DNA of 64,000 bases, from contig CAYIAA010000003.1 of assembly GCA_964361405.1 (NCBI GenBank), positions 4,146 through 68,145 on the forward strand, in the 5' to 3' direction. The position numbers and the translations under genes were made by a program. Source of the stretch: an uncultured Candidatus Saccharibacteria bacterium. Its GTDB lineage: Bacteria > Patescibacteriota > Minisyncoccia > Phycocordibacterales > UBA3531. Below are positions 57,388 through 64,000 of this stretch, piece after piece (position 1 is the first letter of the stretch; the number at the start of each line of letters is the position of its first letter). The notes under the pieces are model-generated. The model saw only the letters and a program-made list of their open reading frames with translations. It had not been told where the DNA came from and made no database searches.

Positions 57388-57897
57388 TTACTTTTCAATA
57401 CCTTCACCAGTCTTCTGTGGATAAAGACGTTTTCTCTCGGCGATGGCGGTAAGGGCGAGAGCGATTGCATCGCACTCATCGTCCGAGCGTGGTACTTGTG
57501 GAAGCGCGAGGAGGGTTCTAACCATACGCGCCACTTGTCCTTTGTCCGCCTTTCCGTAGCCGGTTACGGTGAGTTTCACTTCAAGCGGGGTAAACTCAAG
57601 AATCGGAACACTGAGTTTCCCTGCAAGGTAGAGAATAACGCCCCGTGCTTCCGACACACCCATTGCGGTTTTTTGGTTTTTTGAAAAATAAAGTCGCTCG
57701 GTGGCGAGAATATCGGGCGACCACGCTTTGATAATCCGTTCGATTTCCTCCCCTATATACCGGAGACGAGAGGGTGTGGGGTCGCGCGGGTCAGTTTCAA
57801 TACAAGACGAATAAAGAAGACGCTCTTTTTCGTGTATACGCTCTACTATCGCGACGCCAAGGCGCCCGTATCCCGGATCAACACCAAATGCTTTCAT
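57388..57897 (-). CDS. ruvC: Holliday junction resolvase RuvC
   Basis: 'GVDPG', 'ERLYFSKN', 'EARGV', 'TGYGKADK', 'DDECDA'. Confidence 0.95.
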   Translation of the reverse strand: MKAFGVDPGYGRLGVAIVERIHEKERLLYSSCIETDPRDPTPSRLRYIGEEIERIIKAWSPDILATERLYFSKNQKTAMGVSEARGVILYLAGKLSVPILEFTPLEVKLTVTGYGKADKGQVARMVRTLLALPQVPRSDDECDAIALALTAIAERKRLYPQKTGEGIEK

Positions 57898-58436
57898 GCT
57901 TGTTCGAGAGGAGTGTTGGTGAAAACATCCTCGACATCATCGAGAGTGCGTAAGTTTTCTATTAAAGACAAGAGTTTCTGGTGATCGAGAGCAGAAATTT
58001 GAATGGTGTTAAGCGGAACAAATTTACCCCCATCTTTTTTGAATGCCCAGAGTGCGGACCCCTCTCCCGCAAGAGAGAGTTCGTGGCGAGAGAGACACTG
58101 TTTTATTTCCGCCAATGTTTTGTTTTTTCTATCGGTGAGGGTCGAAACGAGTATTGCCGTTCCACCTGGTCCATAGACCTCGCACACGAGTTCCTCAACA
58201 AGAGCGCCTTCCGATGAGAGTCCTCGTGTCACCGCACGGTCGATATTTTCGGATGGAAGATTTACGGCGCGAGCTCGGAGAATCGCACTGCGGAGCCCCG
58301 GGCTCTCGCGAGCACCGGCGGCTTTTTTTGATTCAAGCGTTATGGTGCGCGAAAGTATTGAAAAAAGTTTGCTTTTCTTTACGTCCTCAACCGCTTTTTT
58401 ATTTTTTATTTTTGACCACTTGTTGTGTCCTGACAT
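57894..58436 (-). CDS. yebC: YebC/PmpR family protein (short form)
   Basis: 'MSGHNKWSKIK', 'YGPGG', 'DDVEDVFTN'; 180 aa. Confidence 0.92.
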   Translation of the reverse strand: MSGHNKWSKIKNKKAVEDVKKSKLFSILSRTITLESKKAAGARESPGLRSAILRARAVNLPSENIDRAVTRGLSSEGALVEELVCEVYGPGGTAILVSTLTDRKNKTLAEIKQCLSRHELSLAGEGSALWAFKKDGGKFVPLNTIQISALDHQKLLSLIENLRTLDDVEDVFTNTPLEQA

Positions 58437-58448
58437 GGTGCTAGGGGG

Positions 58449-59462
58449 CTAGAGAAGCGTATCTTGCTTTGAAGGGAGGGATAGAAGACCAAGATGTGTA
58501 TGCGCATCCTTAGTTGTGGTTCTCCCGCGGGGAGTGCGCTCAAGAAAGCCCAGTTGAATCAGATACGGCTCGACAACCTCTTCGATGGTTGCCTCCTCTT
58601 CACTTACTGCGGCGGCAATCGTGCCGAGACCGACGGGACCTCCGCCGAATTTCTCAATAATGGTTTCTAAAACTTTCCTGTCAAGAAGCGTGAGTCCTCG
58701 TTCGTCAACACCTAAAAGGCGAAGCGCATCGACAACAGCTTCTCGGTTTAAGGGTTGTCGCCCGACTTGGGCAAAATCCCGCGCTCGTTTCAAAAGATGG
58801 TTCGCAATCCTCGGCGTCGCGCGGCTCCGTTTGGCAATCTCAAGTGCCGCATTTTGGGGAAGCGCGACGCCGAGGATTTTCGCGCTACGGTTGATGATTT
58901 CCGTAATCTCGCTGTCGGAGTAGAAATCGAGTCGGAACGTTCCTCCCGAGAATCGCGACCGGAGAGGTGCGGAAAGAAGTGCAATGCGGGTTGTCGCGGC
59001 AATAAGGGTAAAGGGAGGTAATTCGAGTTGGATTGTCCGCGCGCCGGCCCCCTTACCAATAATGATATTTAAGGACCCGGATTCCATCGCTGGATACAGA
59101 ACTTCCTCAACAAGTTTATTGAGGCGGTGAATTTCGTCGATAAAAAGAATGTCTCCCGGGGAAAGATTGGTAAGTACACTCGCGAGATCTCCGACACGCT
59201 CAACGGCGGGACCGGAGGTCATTTTTATTTGCGCCCCCATTTCTTTCGCCACCAAATGCGCCAGTGTTGTTTTCCCGAGACCCGGCGATCCGTAGAAAAG
59301 AAGGTGTTCCGGAGCATGTCCTCGCTCGCGCGCCGCAGAGAGAAGAATGTGGAGATTTTCTTTGACAGCACGCTGCCCAATATAATCGTCCCAGCGGGAA
59401 GGGCGGAGGGTTGAGTCGAGGAAAATGTCCTCGGAGGGCTCGTTTGTAGGGTTACTTGACAT
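58449..59462 (-). CDS. ruvB: Holliday junction branch migration helicase RuvB
   Basis: 'LRP..DYIGQ', '[11 protein letters not shown]', 'FIDEIHRL', 'YPAME', 'RTPRGR'. Confidence 0.97.
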   Translation of the reverse strand: MSSNPTNEPSEDIFLDSTLRPSRWDDYIGQRAVKENLHILLSAARERGHAPEHLLFYGSPGLGKTTLAHLVAKEMGAQIKMTSGPAVERVGDLASVLTNLSPGDILFIDEIHRLNKLVEEVLYPAMESGSLNIIIGKGAGARTIQLELPPFTLIAATTRIALLSAPLRSRFSGGTFRLDFYSDSEITEIINRSAKILGVALPQNAALEIAKRSRATPRIANHLLKRARDFAQVGRQPLNREAVVDALRLLGVDERGLTLLDRKVLETIIEKFGGGPVGLGTIAAAVSEEEATIEEVVEPYLIQLGFLERTPRGRTTTKDAHTHLGLLSLPSKQDTLL

Positions 59463-59490
59463 AAATATATTTTTATGCTAGCCTAATCTA

Positions 59491-59675
59491 AACAGTGAAC
59501 ATTGAATTTATGAGGCTAGAAATCTCCAAGCAATCTGTCGCAAGGCATACAGGGTCTCTTGAGAGGACACTCTGGTTACCCCTTCGGGGTGTGTACTGGG
59601 GTTATCCTTTTGGGAGGTTTTGACTTTTGACCTCCGGGCCGGAAGAGATTACTTGGAGATTTTTGGCCTTTTTCT
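59491..59675 (+). ncRNA. Candidate ~180-nt structured RNA
   Basis: TTGACA-17-TAGCCT promoter with extended TG (59456-59484); 24-bp closing stem 59513-36/59646-69; internal hairpins; T-run at the 3' end. Confidence 0.55.
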
Positions 59676-61354
59676 CACTCCTCCTTTAAGTACACCGCCT
59701 TCCCCACCTCTTCGAGCGTCGTGACGCCGTCGAGCACCTTTATTAAACCATCCTCACTCATTTTTAACAGCCCTTGGGAATCCGCAGCCTTTTCGATATC
59801 GTGTTCGCTCGGGTTCTTGAGAATCGCTTCTCGGACGGCATCGTCGGTCAGGATTCCTTCAAAAATTCCAATCCTACCTTTGAAGCCTGTTTTATTGCAT
59901 CGATCGCATCCGACCGATCGCCAGACCGATCGCTTTTCGATTCCACTCACCCGTTCCCGAAATTCGCTTGGCACGTTCTCGACGAGCGGACGCACTACTT
60001 CAAGCTCCGCTTCCGTCAACGTATCTTTTTTTTTGCAGACTTCGCAGAGTTTTCTGACGAGGCGTTGTGCGAGTGAGATATTCAAAGCGTCGCCGAGGAT
60101 TTTTGTCTCGACACCGAGACCAAGGAGCCTCGGTATGGTGCCCGCCGCATTATTGGTATGAAGTGTCGAGAAAACAAGGTGTCCGGTCTGTGCCGCATTC
60201 ACCGCAACTTTTGCGGTTTCTCCATCTCTGATTTCTCCCACCATAATCATGTCGGGGTCTTGGCGAAGCGCAGAGCGGAGCCCTTCGAGAAAACCATACC
60301 CTTTTTTCGTTTGTGTTTGCGTGATGCCATCGAGGTGGTACTCAACCGGGTCTTCAATCGTGATGATTTTAATTTCCGGGTCATTCACTGTGGTAAGGAA
60401 TGAGTAGAGTGTTGTTGTCTTTCCTGACCCCGTGGGGCCCGTGGTAAGTATCATTCCGTGCGGCCTTCTGATTTGGTCCTTAAGGATTCCGAGGAGTTTC
60501 GGTTCGATGCCGAGGGAGGTAAGGTCGAGCGAGACGGTCTTTGGATTGAGTAGCCGAAGCACGATAGATTCTCCGAAAGCTCCGGGAATGATCGAGGTTC
60601 TGATTTCTATGTCGTTATCTTTTATCCGAATACTCATCCGCCCATCCTGTGCTTCTTTTTTTATGTTCAGTTTGAGCCCGGAGAGGATTTTTATTCGAGA
60701 CAAAATGAGGTGATACACGTCGTGCGGGAGATCTATTACGTCGTGGAGTACGCCATCGAGGCGGACTCGGATTCGCGTGGCAACCTCTTCCGGTTCGAAA
60801 TGGATATCCGAAGCGTTCGTAGCAATGGCGCCGGCGGCAAGAATCTCGATAATGCGGGAGACTTTTTGTGCCCGGTTTTTCTCCGCCATCTCGCTTGAAA
60901 TGAGAGCCCGGATGTCTTCGGTAGTGTTGATTTTATCCGCGAATTCAATGAGGCGCTCATTCGAGATTTCCATGACACCCTCGGTCGATTTTGTGGCGAG
61001 TGAAAGTTCTCGATAGCGTTCCCACGCTTTTTCCAAACTTCGATTGCTCACCAGAAAGATTTTTACAGTAAAACCTTTTTCTTCAAGTTTTTTCAAAAGG
61101 GCCCGTGCTTTAGCGTTGTTGGGTGTTAGGATGCCGACGTCAAGTTTTTTTCCTCTTGCTTGAAAAACAGTGATTTTTCCCGCCCGCGCATCTACCTCGG
61201 AGAGCATCTGAACTGCCTCAACGGAGACGGGAACAATGGCGAGATCGGTGTACGAGACGCCGTATTTTTTCGCGAGCGTCATTGAGAGTTCCTCGGCTTC
61301 TTGTAGCCGGATTTCCTCGAGTTCTCCTTCTTTGATCCCCTTTTCAAATGCCAT
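59675..61354 (-). CDS. Second PilB/GspE family ATPase
   Basis: 'ASDIHFEP', 'GPTGSGKTTT', 'LRQDPDMIMVGEIRD', intact CxxC...CxxC. Confidence 0.94.
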   Translation of the reverse strand: MAFEKGIKEGELEEIRLQEAEELSMTLAKKYGVSYTDLAIVPVSVEAVQMLSEVDARAGKITVFQARGKKLDVGILTPNNAKARALLKKLEEKGFTVKIFLVSNRSLEKAWERYRELSLATKSTEGVMEISNERLIEFADKINTTEDIRALISSEMAEKNRAQKVSRIIEILAAGAIATNASDIHFEPEEVATRIRVRLDGVLHDVIDLPHDVYHLILSRIKILSGLKLNIKKEAQDGRMSIRIKDNDIEIRTSIIPGAFGESIVLRLLNPKTVSLDLTSLGIEPKLLGILKDQIRRPHGMILTTGPTGSGKTTTLYSFLTTVNDPEIKIITIEDPVEYHLDGITQTQTKKGYGFLEGLRSALRQDPDMIMVGEIRDGETAKVAVNAAQTGHLVFSTLHTNNAAGTIPRLLGLGVETKILGDALNISLAQRLVRKLCEVCKKKDTLTEAELEVVRPLVENVPSEFRERVSGIEKRSVWRSVGCDRCNKTGFKGRIGIFEGILTDDAVREAILKNPSEHDIEKAADSQGLLKMSEDGLIKVLDGVTTLEEVGKAVYLKEE

Positions 61355-61407
61355 AAAAGGCAGTATAGCACCGTTTTTGGGCCTGTGGTTGGGCGGCTAA
61401 GGGGTAC

Positions 61408-61436
61408 TTGACAAAATTGCCCCAATATACTATACT
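61408..61436 (+). promoter_or_regulatory. Near-consensus sigma70 promoter
   Basis: TTGACA-17 nt-TATACT upstream of the lipoprotein ORF. Confidence 0.7.
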
Positions 61437-61497
61437 AAAAACAGATTGCAGACTACAGAGGGAGTTCCGAGAAATCGGCTCCCGAGGAGGCTTGAAA

Positions 61498-61893
61498 ATG
61501 TATCGTTTTCTATTCATTCTCTTCTTCGTGGTGTTTCTCTCGGCGTGCACTGGAACGATTCCGGGTTCGACCTACCCCACGTCGGGCAGGGTCCGCGAGT
61601 CCGGCCAAACGGTCTATCAGAACGTCGAGATCACCGACCGGCAGATCGTGGCTTGCCCCTTCTTTCACGAAGGCATGACCCCCGAGGAGGTGCGTAAGTT
61701 CCGTGCTTGCCATGACAACTACCTGCGCTGGTACAAGGCCGGACTTGCCCAGCAGCGTGAGGATGAGCGACAAGAGCTTGCTCGACGTCGCCAGACGGGA
61801 CGCGAGGTTGATGACGTGGTCAAGCGTACTCGCAAGGGAGTCGACACATTCGGTAGGGTGGTCGCCATCTTCGATCGGCATCGTCGTCACTAG
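61498..61893 (+). CDS. Putative lipoprotein
   Basis: GAGGAGG SD; 'MYRFLFILFFVVFLSAC' with LSAC lipobox. Confidence 0.7.
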   Translation: MYRFLFILFFVVFLSACTGTIPGSTYPTSGRVRESGQTVYQNVEITDRQIVACPFFHEGMTPEEVRKFRACHDNYLRWYKAGLAQQREDERQELARRRQTGREVDDVVKRTRKGVDTFGRVVAIFDRHRRH

Positions 61894-61918
61894 CAGTCGG
61901 GAGGAGGTGAATCATAAC

Positions 61919-61950
61919 AGGGCCCGTTTCGAAAGAGACGGGCCCTTTTT
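61919..61950 (+). terminator. Intrinsic terminator
   Basis: AGGGCCCGTTTC-gaaa-GAGACGGGCCCT-TTTT. Confidence 0.8.
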
Positions 61951-61983
61951 CTACCCCCTTACCCCGAGTGCTACAATGGCTCC

Positions 61984-62427
61984 ATGAAGGGAAAACGGAT
62001 ATCCGGAAGCGAGGAAGAAACATACGAACTCGCTGAAGAATTCCTTCGAGACATAGATACAAACCCCCCGAGCGGTGCCACGGTTATTGCTCTCTCTGGA
62101 GAACTTGGATCAGGGAAAACGGTTTTCGTCCGGGGTATTGCCCGCGCGCTTGGTATTGAGGACACCGTTCAGAGCCCCACCTTTGTCCTCGAGCGGATGT
62201 ACGAAATAGAAAATCATCCGCAGTTTAAAAAACTTATTCACATTGACACCTACCGAATGGATCATTCGAACGAACTTGGAAGTCTCGGATGGAATGAGAT
62301 CATCGCCGATGCCAAGAATTTGATATGTGTTGAGTGGGCCGAGCGGGTAGAGGATTTGCTTCCGCCGGAAACAAGGAAAGTGCACTGTATTTTTATTGAC
62401 GAGAACAAACGGGACATCCAATGGTGA
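61984..62427 (+). CDS. tsaE: tRNA threonylcarbamoyladenosine biosynthesis ATPase TsaE
   Basis: 'LSGELGSGKTVF', 'SPTFVL', 'HIDTYR', 'VEWAE'. Confidence 0.95.
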   Translation: MKGKRISGSEEETYELAEEFLRDIDTNPPSGATVIALSGELGSGKTVFVRGIARALGIEDTVQSPTFVLERMYEIENHPQFKKLIHIDTYRMDHSNELGSLGWNEIIADAKNLICVEWAERVEDLLPPETRKVHCIFIDENKRDIQW

Positions 62428-64000
62428 AAAAATCCGGCACGAATAACAAAATTCTCGTTCTCCTTGATACACATGCCATCATTCATCGCGCGTATCACGC
62501 TCTGCCTGAATTTACCTCCGCTTCCGGCGAGCCGACCGGCGCCTTATACGGACTCGTTGCAATGTTACTCAAGATTATTCGCGACTTGAAACCTGATTAC
62601 GTTGTTGCCTGCTACGACCTCCCAAAACCGACTTTCCGCCACGCGGTTTACGTTGACTATAAAGCCGGACGCCCCAAGGCGGACCCTTCACTCGTGGCAC
62701 AAATCAAACGCTCACGAGATGTGCTCAAAGGATTCGGCATTCCAATCTATGAACTTGAAGGTTTCGAAGCCGATGACATCATTGGAACGATTACGGAAAA
62801 ACTCTCGGGTGAAAAAAATATCGACACCATCATCGCTTCCGGCGACATGGATACGCTCCAGCTTGTTCGTAAAAAAGAGGTGCGTGTTTACACTCTGAAA
62901 AAGGGGATACAGAATACGATAATCTACGATGAAGAAGCAGTTCGCGAACGCTTCGGTTTTGGACCCGAGCTTTTACCGGACTACAAAGGCCTTGCAGGGG
63001 ACCCATCGGACAATATCAAAGGTATTGCCGGCATCGGAACAAAAACTGCAACCGAGCTTATTACAGAGTTCGGTACGCTCGAAGAACTTTTTAGAGAGCT
63101 CAAAAAGAACCCCACATCGCTCAAAAAACGAGGTGTTAAAGATCGGGTGATTATGTTGCTTACCGAAGGAAGAGAAGATGCACTTTTCTCGAAAGTGCTT
63201 GCAGAAATTCGCCGGGACGCACCAATTACATTTACCATTCCCAGGAAAACATGGAGGGAGTCGTTTGACGTGGCCCAGGCAAAAAAAATCCTTTCAGAGT
63301 TCGGTTTTAGGAGTCTTACGGCGCGTCTCCTTGAAATTTTTCCCGCGCCGTCTCCCTCGGGCACAGCCCTGCCGGCAGTAGACCTACGGGCGAGTCTCTT
63401 GGACAGCGTAGAGAGTAATGAAAGTGTTGTTGCGAAAGAGCTGGACCCCGAGGAACTCAAGGATACCGCGCTCGCGCTCTGGGTTCTTGATTCGCATATG
63501 ACGAGCCCCTCGCTCGAAGATATTCTTCTCTACGCGAAAACCGAGGATTTTAAAAAGGCACAGAAAAAAATTTTTGATGAGCTCAAACGGACCAAACTCG
63601 ACCGTATCTATGAAACCATCGAGAAGCCGCTCATGCCAGTACTTGGTAGGGTTGAGGAGCGAGGAGTCTTAATCGATATCCCATACCTCAAATCACTTTC
63701 CGAAAAACATCACACCGAACTCAAAATTCTGGAGGGTAAGATATGGAAGCATGCGGGAGAAGAGTTCAATATCAATTCCCCCAAACAGCTCGGAGATATC
63801 ATCTTCGAAAAAATGAAATTGGGGGATTCGAAGACAAAGAAAACACCGACCGGAGGGAAATCAACTCGCGCCTCCGAGCTCGAGAAGCTTCTAGGGAAAC
63901 ACCCGATTATTGAGGCGCTTCTTGCGTATCGCGAAATCCAAAAACTCGTTTCAACCTACATCGATACGATACCGGAAATGGTTGATGCAAATAACCGTCT
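62421..64000 (+). CDS. polA: DNA polymerase I (runs off the window end; not in ORF track)
   Basis: Manual translation: 'LLDTHAIIHRAYHALP', 'EADDIIGT', 'SGDMD', 'GDPSDNIKGIAGIG.KTA', 'FNINSPKQL', 'STYID'. Confidence 0.95.
   Translation, partial: MVKKSGTNNKILVLLDTHAIIHRAYHALPEFTSASGEPTGALYGLVAMLLKIIRDLKPDYVVACYDLPKPTFRHAVYVDYKAGRPKADPSLVAQIKRSRDVLKGFGIPIYELEGFEADDIIGTITEKLSGEKNIDTIIASGDMDTLQLVRKKEVRVYTLKKGIQNTIIYDEEAVRERFGFGPELLPDYKGLAGDPSDNIKGIAGIGTKTATELITEFGTLEELFRELKKNPTSLKKRGVKDRVIMLLTEGREDALFSKVLAEIRRDAPITFTIPRKTWRESFDVAQAKKILSEFGFRSLTARLLEIFPAPSPSGTALPAVDLRASLLDSVESNESVVAKELDPEELKDTALALWVLDSHMTSPSLEDILLYAKTEDFKKAQKKIFDELKRTKLDRIYETIEKPLMPVLGRVEERGVLIDIPYLKSLSEKHHTELKILEGKIWKHAGEEFNINSPKQLGDIIFEKMKLGDSKTKKTPTGGKSTRASELEKLLGKHPIIEALLAYREIQKLVSTYIDTIPEMVDANNR

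Noticed and set aside
591-63460. Numerous antisense or overlapping ORFs in the six-frame track (e.g. 14316-15041, 25462-26043, 27988-28545)
   Set aside because: They are shadow frames of well-supported genes on the opposite strand or frame, with no motifs of their own.
1-64000. Alternative genetic code (TGA recoding as in Gracilibacteria/SR1)
   Set aside because: Conserved genes such as recJ, tpiA, dnaN and yebC end at TGA at their expected lengths and are not interrupted by it.

Overview
A core-genome, origin-proximal 64 kb segment of a bacterial chromosome (genetic code 11). Gene content and reduced protein forms point to Patescibacteria/CPR, probably Parcubacteria; this is inferred, not searched. 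The window holds the rpmH-rnpA-yidD-yidC / dnaA-oriC-dnaN origin block and housekeeping genes (recJ, rnhA, pgk, tpiA, nusA, ppa, clpP, rny, hup, cca, xerD-like, rpsO, pnp, pcrA, rsmA, tyrS, ruvB/ruvC, tsaE, polA). It also carries competence and type IV pilus genes (comEC, comM, two pilB, pilC), a relaxase-free T4SS-like cluster (VirB6-, PrgI-, VirB4- and pilin-like) next to oriC, and several secreted repeat proteins. No transposase, prophage or CRISPR array is visible. The most unusual signal is non-coding: a complete tRNA-Pro(TGG), bracketed by a perfect 15-bp inverted repeat, is nested in the anticodon loop of a second tRNA-Pro(TGG) that has its own compensatory acceptor stem (20105-20315). 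A nearby tRNA-Leu has the same kind of inverted-repeat bracket, and both lie beside a YraN nuclease gene and the CCA-adding enzyme gene. Other observations are three structured ncRNA candidates with their own promoters, a parS-like cluster embedded in the cca coding sequence, and apparently widespread leaderless transcription.
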